A stretch of DNA of 64,000 bases from SAR86 cluster bacterium (GTDB lineage: Bacteria > Pseudomonadota > Gammaproteobacteria > Magnimaribacterales > TMED112), in NCBI GenBank assembly GCA_003331605.1, contig QOPD01000002.1:118188-182187 (forward strand), given 5' to 3'. A program made the position numbers and the translations under genes. A model generated the notes under the pieces. That model was given only the letters and a program-made list of their open reading frames with translations, was not told the DNA's origin and did no database searches. This document shows, piece by piece, positions 54,522 to 63,840 of this stretch (the stretch's first letter is position 1; every line of letters starts with the position of its first letter).

Positions 54522-55709
54522 ATGAAAGTAACAATTCTTAATAACATCGCAAAGTCTGGTTTAGATATTCTTGAAAAAGAAGGTTTTACTCTACATCAAA
54601 ATGACGTTTTGGATGGTTGTAGTGGTATTGTGCTGAGGAGCCAAAATTTAACTCAAGAAAAACTACCTAAATCAATTTTTGGTATTGCCCGAGCAGGGGC
54701 AGGAACTAACAATATTAATGTAGAGGATTGCTCCCAAAATGGCGTCATTGTTTTTAATACACCAGGAGCAAATGCAAATGCTGTAAAAGAAATGGTTCTG
54801 TGTTCTTTGATTCTAGGAAAAAGAGATCTTGTTTCAGGCAATAAATCAATTGATGCTATCGATATAGACAACATGGATGACGAAGCAGTTATGAAAGAAA
54901 TAGAGGGCATGAAGAAAAAATATGTTGGGAATGAAATTAAAAATAAAAACCTTACTGTAATTGGGCTTGGTGCAATTGGTTCTTTAGTGGCAGAGCATGC
55001 AATACAGTTGGGGATGAATGTGACAGGTTATGATCCTGGATTGACAGTAGAGACAGCACTGAGGTTGCCAAGTTCCATCAGAATGGCAAAATCTCTTGAA
55101 GATTCTTTTAAGGATGCAGAATACATTTCCTTACATATACCTCTTGTTCCAGACACTAAGGAGATTATTAACAATAAGCTAATAGCCAAACTGAACAAAA
55201 GTGTGCTAATTAATTTCTCAAGAGGTGGAATTGTTTGTGAAGAAAGTTTGCTGGAAGGGTTAGATCAGAACTTTTTGTACAAATATGTTACTGACTTCCC
55301 TACAAAGAAATTAATCAATAGAGTTAGATCAAAAAAAGATGTTGTAATCTTTCCCCACTTAGGAGCCAGCACGACAGAAAGTGAAATTAACTGTGCAGAA
55401 ATGGCATGCTCACAGCTTGCAGATTTCTTAAAGAAAGGAAAAATAGTTAACAGTGTAAACTTTCCTAATATATCGTCTGAAAAAGTAAGCAAACATAGAA
55501 TATATTTTTCTAACATGAATGAACCTGGAATTATTAGCAAAGTGGCAGATGTGCTTGCTCAAGAAAATATAAACATTGATGAATTTGTAAATAAAAGCCG
55601 GAACAATCTAGCAAGCAATATTATAGATTCAGATGATGACATAACGCCTCGAATTCTTGATAAGCTAATGAAAATAAAGGGTGTAACAAATGCAAGACTA
55701 TGTTATTAA
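54522..55709 (+). CDS. serA: D-3-phosphoglycerate dehydrogenase-like 2-hydroxyacid dehydrogenase with C-terminal ACT domain
   Basis: Start at MKVTILNNIAKSGLDILEK (ATG 54522); GLGAIGS NAD site; SRGGIV; C-terminal ACT-like RIYFSNMNEPGIISKVADVLAQENINI. Confidence 0.75.
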   Translation: MKVTILNNIAKSGLDILEKEGFTLHQNDVLDGCSGIVLRSQNLTQEKLPKSIFGIARAGAGTNNINVEDCSQNGVIVFNTPGANANAVKEMVLCSLILGKRDLVSGNKSIDAIDIDNMDDEAVMKEIEGMKKKYVGNEIKNKNLTVIGLGAIGSLVAEHAIQLGMNVTGYDPGLTVETALRLPSSIRMAKSLEDSFKDAEYISLHIPLVPDTKEIINNKLIAKLNKSVLINFSRGGIVCEESLLEGLDQNFLYKYVTDFPTKKLINRVRSKKDVVIFPHLGASTTESEINCAEMACSQLADFLKKGKIVNSVNFPNISSEKVSKHRIYFSNMNEPGIISKVADVLAQENINIDEFVNKSRNNLASNIIDSDDDITPRILDKLMKIKGVTNARLCY

Positions 55710-55930
55710 AAAAACAGTCTTTTTTTAAGTAAAAAACCTTGCTTTTCACACAGAGCGCTAAAATTAATTTGTTTAGCAGGCTTGAATTCTTTTTTTTTAT
55801 AAAATTTAACCTTCATTCACTGAAACTCGCTTAATCAAAGTGTTTGGAGTTGCTGTTCATTTTTTAGGCAATTCATTGAAAATGCTTGTGTTTGCGGCAT
55901 TTGATAAATTTTTTATAGTTTTCCCCAAAG

Positions 55931-55953
55931 TTATCCACAGTTTCTGTGGATAA
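55931..55953. promoter_or_regulatory. Inverted pair of perfect DnaA boxes (10-bp-arm palindrome)
   Basis: TTATCCACAG (55931..55940), TTT, CTGTGGATAA (55944..55953). Contains TTATCCACA and TGTGGATAA, 36-58 bp upstream of the ung ATG. An 8/9 box cTTTTCACA lies at 55742..55750. Confidence 0.6.
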
Positions 55954-55988
55954 AAAAATATGTTATTTTTTAGATTATTTTGAAGCTT

Positions 55989-56636
55989 ATGAATTGGGAA
56001 GAATTAATAGAATCAGAAACAAAAAAAGATTATTTTAAGGCGATAAAAAAAGCAATCTTAAGTGATAATCAAAATGGTAAATCGATATTCCCATATCCAA
56101 AAAATTATTTCAGAGCACTGGATTTTTGCTCTTACGAAGATTTAAAGGTTGTAATACTTGGTCAAGACCCATACCACACTCAAGGCGTCGCCGATGGTCT
56201 TGCTTTTTCATCTGGTATTGATAACTATATGCCTCCATCTTTGAGAAATATTTTTTTGGAATTAGAAGATGATATTGGTATAAAAAATCAAAACGTATCA
56301 TTGGAAGGTTGGGCAAAACAAGGAGTGCTTTTACTTAATTCATACCTATCAGTTCAAGAGGGTCAGCCACTATCTCACGCAAATATAGGTTGGGATCTTT
56401 TTACAAACAAAGTTTTAATTGAGGCAAGCAGAAAGTGCAATGTTGTCTTTATGCTATGGGGCAGCTATGCACGATCAAAAATAGATATCTTAGAAAGTCA
56501 AAATTTAATTTTAGAGGCTACTCACCCATCACCTCTTTCAGCTCACAAAGGATTTCTTGGGTGCAAGCATTTTTCAAAAGCAAATGCATATCTCGGCCGC
56601 CATGACATTAAACAGATTGACTGGCAACTAGCTTAG
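55989..56636 (+). CDS. ung: Uracil-DNA glycosylase
   Basis: GQDPYH, HPSPLSA motifs. ATG 55989 preferred over the track TTG 55980. Confidence 0.93.
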   Translation: MNWEELIESETKKDYFKAIKKAILSDNQNGKSIFPYPKNYFRALDFCSYEDLKVVILGQDPYHTQGVADGLAFSSGIDNYMPPSLRNIFLELEDDIGIKNQNVSLEGWAKQGVLLLNSYLSVQEGQPLSHANIGWDLFTNKVLIEASRKCNVVFMLWGSYARSKIDILESQNLILEATHPSPLSAHKGFLGCKHFSKANAYLGRHDIKQIDWQLA

Positions 56637-57336
56637 ATTTAAATAATTTATCGGCATTTTCAAAGCTTTTAAAGATATATTGTCCATAAAATATATTATC
56701 TACCTCAATTTCAAAAACCTCTTTGCCGACCTTTAGCAATTCATTCTTTTCATCTGCCGTTAGATCTTTGAAAATAGCCACGGTATTTTTTTTTGATCCT
56801 AAATATTTTAGCCTTGCAATTATTTCCTGCCCTCTGTAGCACCCTTTGGTGAATGAAACATATTTTTCCAAATTGTATCCAAATTCATTAGGTCTATTTT
56901 TTAAAGACATAGCATTACTAATGTCTACATCGAAGTGTAAGAGTTTAAGAAGATCCCAATTATTATTACTGTTATTAGAAGCTTTTGGCATAGCAGTGGT
57001 TTTTGTAAAACCAACGCCATCATAAATTCCTAAAATAATTTTTTCTTTGACTCCGATTTCACACTTATAGAACTTCGAATATTTCTCAAGCTCCCTCTTT
57101 AGAATTTCTGCAACATCATCCTTGATAATAATTTCTAAATTTTCACTGTTTATTACAGTTGCATTAGTTATAACAAAACCTTTCTCATCACAGAAAAGCA
57201 CATCTTTGTTCTGGGTTTTTTCTGAAATATCACCTGATGCTTGGCCCTGGATTAATTCTAAAGACCTCTTACCTGTAATTTCCAAGGTACAATAATTATT
57301 TAAAGTAAAATAACTTATGTCTAAATTGCTACTCAT
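56608..57336 (-). CDS. ygfZ: Folate-binding Fe-S cluster repair protein YgfZ
   Basis: KGCYRGQEIIARLKYLG signature. Start at MSSNLDISYFTL (comp ATG 57334..57336), aligned by eye to the E. coli YgfZ N-terminus. 3' end overlaps ung by 29 nt. Confidence 0.8.
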   Translation of the reverse strand: MSSNLDISYFTLNNYCTLEITGKRSLELIQGQASGDISEKTQNKDVLFCDEKGFVITNATVINSENLEIIIKDDVAEILKRELEKYSKFYKCEIGVKEKIILGIYDGVGFTKTTAMPKASNNSNNNWDLLKLLHFDVDISNAMSLKNRPNEFGYNLEKYVSFTKGCYRGQEIIARLKYLGSKKNTVAIFKDLTADEKNELLKVGKEVFEIEVDNIFYGQYIFKSFENADKLFKSKLVASQSV

Positions 57337-57550
57337 TAAAAAACTTAATTTTAAAGCAAGAAGAGGAATGAAAGAAACTTCTGAAATCTTAGGCAAGCTA
57401 CTTGATTCTATCAATACATTTACTGATAACGAATTAAATCAACTTGAATGCCTTCTAAACTTAGATGATCAATATCTATTTGATTTATTTTTCAAGGAAA
57501 AAGATAGGTTTGATGAGGAGTTTCACGATTTAAAAAAATATTTAAAATGA
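57317..57550 (+). CDS. sdhE: FAD assembly factor SdhE (YgfY)
   Basis: 77 aa; KARRGMKETSEIL contains the RGxxE motif; LLNLDDQYLFDLF parallels E. coli LLECDDPDLFNWL. Divergent from ygfZ as in E. coli. Confidence 0.8.
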   Translation: MSKLLLIKKLNFKARRGMKETSEILGKLLDSINTFTDNELNQLECLLNLDDQYLFDLFFKEKDRFDEEFHDLKKYLK

Positions 57551-57586
57551 ATGAACTTAACTTAATTTTTGAGGTCAAAAGATAAC

Positions 57587-58126
57587 ATGAAAGTACAAAA
57601 TATCTCAGAACTTGTAGAGCTATCTCAATCTGGAGATGAATCAGCTTTTGAAATTTTGTTTAAAACTTTTCAAACAAGATTGCATCATTCTTTATTCAAA
57701 GTGTTGAGAAACTATCATGAAACCGAAGACATTGTGCAACAGGCTTTTATGAGAGCGTGGGAAAAGATTGGCACTTTTAAGGGGGAAGCAAATTTCTATA
57801 CTTGGCTTTATAGGATTGGCTTTAATTTAGCTATCACAAAAATTAATAAATCAAGGGAAAATCAAATAGATGAAGATTTTGAGCTAACTCTTAAATCAGA
57901 TGACAATGTTGTTCAAAATCTCACGGATAGACGCCTGGAAAATAAAATTATTGACTTGCTCAATCAGATATCAGAAGAACAAAGAACAGCGTACATCCTT
58001 TGTGAAATTGACTCTAAAAATTATGAGGAAATTGCAAATATTACCGATGTACCAATTGGCACTGTCAGGTCAAGAATCTTTAGAGCAAGACAGTTCTTAA
58101 TGGAGAACCTAAAAAACGAATTATGA
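57587..58126 (+). CDS. rpoE: ECF sigma factor RpoE/AlgU
   Basis: Start MKVQNISELVELSQSGDESAFEILF parallels the E. coli RpoE N-terminus. Region 2 (FYTWLYRIGFN) and region 4 (PIGTVRSRIFRAR) present. Confidence 0.9.
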   Translation: MKVQNISELVELSQSGDESAFEILFKTFQTRLHHSLFKVLRNYHETEDIVQQAFMRAWEKIGTFKGEANFYTWLYRIGFNLAITKINKSRENQIDEDFELTLKSDDNVVQNLTDRRLENKIIDLLNQISEEQRTAYILCEIDSKNYEEIANITDVPIGTVRSRIFRARQFLMENLKNEL

Positions 58127-58863
58127 AAGATATAACAGATTTTGATTTACAAAGACTATCATCATTTATTGATGGTGAGATGAGCAGAGAAGACATCAGA
58201 GAGCTTGTATTCGATATGGGGAAAAACTCAGAATTAAAGCAGTGCTACCTTAAGATGGTAGAGCTGAGCCATGCATCTTCTCACATTAAAACATTAAGTT
58301 TTACAAAAAAATTAAGCAACCTTTCATTGAATTCTCTACTTAAAGCTTTTTTTGAAAAGCTTGTTGCTCCTGTAGGTGTTTTCGCAGCAGGAGTTGTTAT
58401 GAGCTATACAGTAGTGAATTCTATTGTTTCAGAGAGCAACGAAAATAATGAAACTGCTACTGTTATTGCACAAGCTATTTCTTCAGCAGAAGCAAAGCAA
58501 ACGCTGCTAAACATTCAAAATGAAGAAATCATACAATTTGCTTCAAGACACTTTTCAAACACTCCAGATGTAAATATTCTTCCTGTTGGTTATGCTCCGA
58601 ATTGGGTACCATCCGGCTTCGTATCTGATCCTGCTAGATCAAGCAAATTTATTAATAACTCAAAAAGAAAACAATTTTCTATTTTTGTGACTAGTCCAGA
58701 AGCTTTCTCTTTGCCTGATGGCGCATATAGAAAGGAAAATTTTATACTCATTAAAGAAACCCATAACCACAATGGCGTTGCTCATACTCTTGCAGTTTTT
58801 GGCGATATAGATATTGAATCTGGTAAAAAAATCCTTAACTCTATAGAAGTTAAAAATCGCTAA
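58123..58863 (+). CDS. Anti-sigma-E factor: RseA/MucA-like N-domain, one TM, RseB/MucB C-domain-like periplasmic end
   Basis: LQRLSSFIDGEMS anti-sigma signature; TM LVAPVGVFAAGVVMSYTVV; C-terminal GYAPNWVPSGF...FSIFVTS...LAVFGDIDIESGKKILNSIEV resembles the RseB C-terminal domain. ATGA overlap with rpoE. Confidence 0.65.
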   Translation: MKDITDFDLQRLSSFIDGEMSREDIRELVFDMGKNSELKQCYLKMVELSHASSHIKTLSFTKKLSNLSLNSLLKAFFEKLVAPVGVFAAGVVMSYTVVNSIVSESNENNETATVIAQAISSAEAKQTLLNIQNEEIIQFASRHFSNTPDVNILPVGYAPNWVPSGFVSDPARSSKFINNSKRKQFSIFVTSPEAFSLPDGAYRKENFILIKETHNHNGVAHTLAVFGDIDIESGKKILNSIEVKNR

Positions 58864-60255
58864 ATGAAAAAACTAATCTCTTTCTTTCTGTTGCTTTCTT
58901 CTGCATTGTTTACGCAAAGTCTTGATTTTTCTGAGCTTGTTAAGGAGCAAAGAAATTCAGTTGTAAACATAGAATCAACCAGACGAATTGAAACACGAAT
59001 GAGTAGATCTTATGGCGGTTTTCCCGAGGAATTATTTAGAGAATTCGGTTTTCCAATGCCTGATCAAAGAGAGCCAAGACCTCAACAGCGCGAGGCTGTA
59101 AGCACAGGATCGGGCTTTGTTATATCCAGCGATGGTTATGTAATAACAAATTTTCATGTGGTGCAGGATGCTGACGAAGTAGTAGTCAAATTTTACGATA
59201 GAAAAGAGTTTAAGGCAGAAATAATTGGTACAGATGAATTAAGCGATATCGCATTGTTGAAAATTACAGACGATGAATTTATGCCAGTTGTGCTTGGCAA
59301 CTCAGACAGAGTAGAACAGGGAGATGGCGTTATAGCGATTGGATCACCTTACAATTATGACTTTAGTGTTACTTTTGGAATTATAAGTGCTAAGGGGCGT
59401 GGCATCACTTCAGGCAGAGGAATAGGTGACTATGTGCCATACTTACAGACTGATGCCGCTGTTAATAGAGGAAATTCAGGAGGCCCATTATTTAATCTTG
59501 ATGGTGAGGTTATAGGTATAAATTCGCAAATTTACTCAAGGTCTGGTGGAAATGAGGGTCTAGCATTTGCTATACCAATAAATGTTGCCTTGGAGGTCAT
59601 AGAACAACTTAAAGAAAGTGGAAAAGTATCTCGAGGCTACCTTGGAGTTCAAGGTGGTGAGGTTTCTAGTGATCTTTCAATAGCTCTTGGTATGGATAAG
59701 CCTTATGGTGCCTTGGTCAGGTCTGTCGTTGAGGGTGAGGCTGCGGAGTCAAGTGGGATCCTGTCTGGTGATGTTATTGTTGAAATTGATGGCAAGGAAA
59801 TAATTTATTTTAAAGATTTGCAACACAACATTGGAAGAACAAGACCAGAAACTGAAGTGGTTGCTAAAATCTTCAGAGAAGGAAAGTACATAAACCTTGA
59901 TATTATTGTTGGTGAACTACCTGTAGTGCAAGAAGTAAATGAAACGAAAGAGGAACCAAAAGATCCAGACTATCCGCTTGGCTTGAATCTTAGAGAGGTT
60001 GACCCAAACAATAGAGCACCAAATGATCCTGAATATGGTTTGAAAGTATTAAGAGTTTTCTCCGACTCTCCTGCCTTTGGCCAAATTTTTGAAGGTGACG
60101 TAATAACTAAAATCACCTTTAAAAATAAATCTTTTGAAATTACAACTTTAGATAGCTTCGTTAAAACACTTGAATCCTTTGATACAGGCGACATAATTCT
60201 TATAATTGGTACCCGCAATGGTGCCAACTTATTTGAGCCTGTAGAAATTGAGTAA
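58864..60255 (+). CDS. Periplasmic serine endoprotease DegP/MucD family (two PDZ domains)
   Basis: 463 aa with signal peptide; catalytic triad contexts TNFHVV, DIALLK, GNSGGPL. Confidence 0.9.
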   Translation: MKKLISFFLLLSSALFTQSLDFSELVKEQRNSVVNIESTRRIETRMSRSYGGFPEELFREFGFPMPDQREPRPQQREAVSTGSGFVISSDGYVITNFHVVQDADEVVVKFYDRKEFKAEIIGTDELSDIALLKITDDEFMPVVLGNSDRVEQGDGVIAIGSPYNYDFSVTFGIISAKGRGITSGRGIGDYVPYLQTDAAVNRGNSGGPLFNLDGEVIGINSQIYSRSGGNEGLAFAIPINVALEVIEQLKESGKVSRGYLGVQGGEVSSDLSIALGMDKPYGALVRSVVEGEAAESSGILSGDVIVEIDGKEIIYFKDLQHNIGRTRPETEVVAKIFREGKYINLDIIVGELPVVQEVNETKEEPKDPDYPLGLNLREVDPNNRAPNDPEYGLKVLRVFSDSPAFGQIFEGDVITKITFKNKSFEITTLDSFVKTLESFDTGDIILIIGTRNGANLFEPVEIE

Positions 60256-62038
60256 TACTAGAAACTTTTCAATTATCGCCCATATCGACCATGGGAAATC
60301 AACTTTATCCGATAGAATAATCGAGCATTGTGGAGGGTTGAGTAAAAGAGAGATGAAATCTCAGGTCTTAGATACTCTTGAGCTTGAGCGTGAAAGGGGT
60401 ATCACAATTAAGGCTCAATCAGTCTCATTAAAATATAAAAATAATTCTGGAGAATACAATCTCAATCTAATTGATACTCCAGGACATGTAGACTTTTCTT
60501 ATGAGGTTTCACGTTCTCTTGCTGCCTGTGAAGGAGCTTTATTAGTTGTTGACGGTTCTCAGGGGGTAGAGGCACAAACTCTTTCAACTTGCTATAAGGC
60601 CCTTGATTTAGATCTAGAAGTTATTCCTGTTATAAACAAGATTGATCTACCACAAGCAGATCCCGATAGAGTAAAGAAAGAGATAGAGGAAATTATAGGC
60701 ATAGATGCATCTGATGCTATCTGCGTTAGTGCTAAAGACGGCACGGGTTTAACCGATCTTTTAGATTTGGTTGTTAGAGATATTCCTCCACCCAAAGATA
60801 GAAGTGATGATCCATTACAGGCGTTGATAATTGATTCATGGTACGACAATTTTCTTGGAGTAATTTCACTGATCAGAGTTTTTAGCGGATGCATAAAAAG
60901 AGGAGAAAAATTTATTGTTAAATCCAATGGTCAAACCTTTACAGCCGATACCCTAGGTGTATTTACTCCAAAAAAGAAAGATAAAGAGAACCTTAGTTCA
61001 GGCCAAGTAGGTTTTTTGGTTGCAAATGTTAAAGAATTAAAATCAGTTCCAGTTGGCGATACAATTATTTCTGCAAAGCTCTCAGAAACAAATGCCCTTG
61101 ATGGTTTTGAAAAAGTGCAGCCCCAAGTTTTTGCTTCATTTTATCCGATTGATTCAAATGAGTATCAGTCATTTAGAGAAGCACTTCAAAAACTCAGTCT
61201 GAATGATTCATCTGTTGTATTTGAACCTGAGAATTCAGAGATTCTTGGTAGTGGTTTTAGGTGTGGTTTTTTAGGAACACTTCATATGGAGGTAATTAAA
61301 GAGAGGCTGGAAAGAGAGTATGGATTAAGCCTCATTACTACAGCACCAAGCGTGGCCTATGAAATATTAAAAACAAACGGAGAGGAGATAATGATATCTT
61401 CACCATCCCAGTTGCCGACAACCAATGAAATAAATGAAATAAGGGAACCCATGATCAAATCAACTGTACTATGTCCTGATAAGTATGTTGGAGACGTTAT
61501 TGAACTAGCGATGTCAAAAAGAGGAATCCAGAAGGATCTTCAATATTTGGGAGGACAGGTATCATTAACTTTTGATATGCCACTTTCAGAAATAGTTATG
61601 GATTTCTTTGACACATTAAAATCTAAAAGCCAAGGATATGCATCAGTTGATTTTGTATTTGATCGATATCAGCAATCAGATCTTGTAAAAGTTGACGTTG
61701 CCATAAATGGTCTTGTTGTAGATTCCCTTTCGGCCATCATGCATAGAGGCGACGCTCAAAGAAGAGGCAGAGAAATCGCTAAGAGATTAAAAGAGGTTAT
61801 TCCTAGACAAATGTTTGAGATTCCAATACAAATAATGTTAGGCAGTAAAATTATTGCCAGGGAGAGTGTTAAAGCTTTTAGAAAAAATGTTACTGCAAAA
61901 CTATATGGTGGAGATGTTACTAGAAAAAAGAAACTGCTTGAAAAGCAAAAGGCAGGAAAGAAGAAAATGAAGCAGATAGGAAAAGTTGCGCTACCACAAG
62001 AAGCTTTTTTAAGCTTTTTATCCAACGAAAAAAAGTGA
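60248..62038 (+). CDS. lepA: Elongation factor 4
   Basis: 596 aa; [27 protein letters not shown] start overlapping the degP end. Confidence 0.95.
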   Translation: MSNTRNFSIIAHIDHGKSTLSDRIIEHCGGLSKREMKSQVLDTLELERERGITIKAQSVSLKYKNNSGEYNLNLIDTPGHVDFSYEVSRSLAACEGALLVVDGSQGVEAQTLSTCYKALDLDLEVIPVINKIDLPQADPDRVKKEIEEIIGIDASDAICVSAKDGTGLTDLLDLVVRDIPPPKDRSDDPLQALIIDSWYDNFLGVISLIRVFSGCIKRGEKFIVKSNGQTFTADTLGVFTPKKKDKENLSSGQVGFLVANVKELKSVPVGDTIISAKLSETNALDGFEKVQPQVFASFYPIDSNEYQSFREALQKLSLNDSSVVFEPENSEILGSGFRCGFLGTLHMEVIKERLEREYGLSLITTAPSVAYEILKTNGEEIMISSPSQLPTTNEINEIREPMIKSTVLCPDKYVGDVIELAMSKRGIQKDLQYLGGQVSLTFDMPLSEIVMDFFDTLKSKSQGYASVDFVFDRYQQSDLVKVDVAINGLVVDSLSAIMHRGDAQRRGREIAKRLKEVIPRQMFEIPIQIMLGSKIIARESVKAFRKNVTAKLYGGDVTRKKKLLEKQKAGKKKMKQIGKVALPQEAFLSFLSNEKK

Positions 62039-62949
62039 TTATGTTAGAGGTATTTTTTTCACTGATTACACCCTTGGCAAATATCTTTTGGTTTAGCCTC
62101 TTAAATTTAGGGATATGTCTCATTTCAATTCATTGGATTTACGTTCGAAACCAAACAGGGGAGAATCCAAAGCATCACAGAGCCCTACAATCTATTGGGC
62201 TTGTACTGGCTCTACTTGCTATAGGGATTCTTTGGGTAAAGCAATGGAACATTGGTGATTTGCTTGCCTTTTATACAGTTTTTTCGGGTGTAGTTTATTT
62301 ATCCACGTTAAATCGAGACAAAAACGTTTTAAAAGAAGCAAGAGGTTGGTTTTTATCAATATTGTTTGTATTTGTCATACGCGGTTATATTTATGAGCCA
62401 TGGCAAATACCATCTAGCTCAATGAAACCCAACCTTGAGATTGGTGATTTTGTTTTAGTAAATAGAAATGCTTATGGTTTGGAAATCCCATTTACAGGCA
62501 GAGCAAAAATTTTATCCCGATCACCAGAAATTGGAGAAGTTGTGGTTTTCTTCCCACCGCATAAGCCAACAACACCATTTGTAAAAAGAGTGATTGCAAA
62601 AGGTGGCGACAGAGTTACTTATGCAAATAAAAAGTACTTTGTTAATGGCAATGAGCTTGAGGCAAGTTTCTTTTCTGAGGATATTTCAGGCGGTAATCTT
62701 TTTTATGAACAAAATAATAATATTAGCTACGTCATAAGAAAAATACCCTCTAGGCCAGCTGTAAACGGATCTTGGGAGATACCTGAAGGCAGTTTTTTTG
62801 TTTCGGGAGACAATAGGGATAATTCAAGCGATAGTCGTGAATGGGGTTACATCACTGAAGATGTCATATGGGGCAGAGCAGACTTTATCTGGATGTCTTG
62901 GCCTCAAAGCAATTTCCCTAATTTTTCCAGAGTGGGAAAGGTTGAGTAA
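62035..62949 (+). CDS. lepB: Signal peptidase I
   Basis: PSSSMKPNL (Ser), KRVIAKGGD (Lys), [11 protein letters not shown] boxes. Start is GTG 62035 (overlapping the lepA stop) or ATG 62041. Confidence 0.9.
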   Translation: MIMLEVFFSLITPLANIFWFSLLNLGICLISIHWIYVRNQTGENPKHHRALQSIGLVLALLAIGILWVKQWNIGDLLAFYTVFSGVVYLSTLNRDKNVLKEARGWFLSILFVFVIRGYIYEPWQIPSSSMKPNLEIGDFVLVNRNAYGLEIPFTGRAKILSRSPEIGEVVVFFPPHKPTTPFVKRVIAKGGDRVTYANKKYFVNGNELEASFFSEDISGGNLFYEQNNNISYVIRKIPSRPAVNGSWEIPEGSFFVSGDNRDNSSDSREWGYITEDVIWGRADFIWMSWPQSNFPNFSRVGKVE

Positions 62950-62955
62950 GCTTTA

Positions 62956-63840
62956 ATGATGAAATGTGGTTTTGTGACAATTATTGGTAAAACCAATGTC
63001 GGCAAATCTACATTTTTAAATGCATTCATAGGCAAGAAAGTCTCAATTACTTCAAAAAAATCACAAACAACTAGATCAAATATTTATGCTGTAAAAACTA
63101 CCAAAAGTCTTCAAGCAATATTCATTGATACTCCTGGAATTCACCTAAGAACTGAAAAAGCCCTCAATAAAGTGCTAAGAAAAAAACCTCTGGAAGCTAT
63201 TAATGATATTGATGTGATTCTGTATATGGTATCTGGAACAAAATTTGATCAAGTGGATCAAGACGCCTTGAATTTAATAAAAAACTCTACTTCAAAAAAG
63301 ATTTTATTAATAAATAAAATTGATTTAGTTACAGATAAATCCGCTTTATTTGAATTTGTTAAAAATCTCGAAGAAAAAAATCTTTTTGAATCTATCATCC
63401 CAATTTCTTCAGAAAAAGAATTAGGATTCGACATTGTACTAAATGAGCTTGAGAAAGTATTACCTGAAAATGATCTATTTTATCCACCGGAGGGGTTTGA
63501 TTTTCAGAGTATTAATTTTGAAATTAGTGAATTAATAAGAGAAAAGGTTATTCGGTTTCTTGGTGATGAGCTGCCCTATGAAACTGCCATCTTCCTTGAA
63601 AATGTAAGTGACTTAAAATCGCACTTTGAAATTAATGCATTAATTTATGTAGCAAAACAAAGTCAGAAAAAGATAGTAATTGGAGCAGAGGGGTCAAAGA
63701 TTAAACAAATCGGTACCAATGCAAGAAAAGAATTAGAAAATCATTTGGGTAGAAAAGTAAATCTAAACTTATGGTGTAAAGTTAAGAAAAACTGGCTGGA
63801 TAACCCCATCACACTTGAGAGCCTAGGCATAAAGAGCTAA
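62956..63840 (+). CDS. era: GTPase Era
   Basis: 294 aa; GKTNVGKST, DTPG, NKID, C-terminal KH domain. Confidence 0.95.
   Translation: MMKCGFVTIIGKTNVGKSTFLNAFIGKKVSITSKKSQTTRSNIYAVKTTKSLQAIFIDTPGIHLRTEKALNKVLRKKPLEAINDIDVILYMVSGTKFDQVDQDALNLIKNSTSKKILLINKIDLVTDKSALFEFVKNLEEKNLFESIIPISSEKELGFDIVLNELEKVLPENDLFYPPEGFDFQSINFEISELIREKVIRFLGDELPYETAIFLENVSDLKSHFEINALIYVAKQSQKKIVIGAEGSKIKQIGTNARKELENHLGRKVNLNLWCKVKKNWLDNPITLESLGIKS

Noticed and set aside
55931-55953. The 10-bp-arm palindrome as a transcription terminator
   Set aside because: No U-tract follows the hairpin on either strand (A-run on plus, CTTTGGGG on minus). It lies upstream of ung, not downstream of a gene end.
55710-55988. Possible chromosomal replication origin (AT-rich 279-bp spacer with DnaA boxes)
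   Set aside because: Only two perfect boxes and one 8/9 box are present. There are no recognisable 13-mer DUE repeats, and no dnaA, dnaN, mnmG, rpmH or parAB neighbours. The flanking genes (serA-like, ung) are not typical origin neighbours. Kept as a DnaA-binding site of unknown role, not as oriC.
57317-57550. SdhE/YgfY as the CptB antitoxin of a CptAB (YgfX-YgfY) toxin-antitoxin pair
   Set aside because: No ygfX-like small membrane ORF follows; rpoE starts 36 bp downstream. The protein is better explained as the SDH flavinylation factor.
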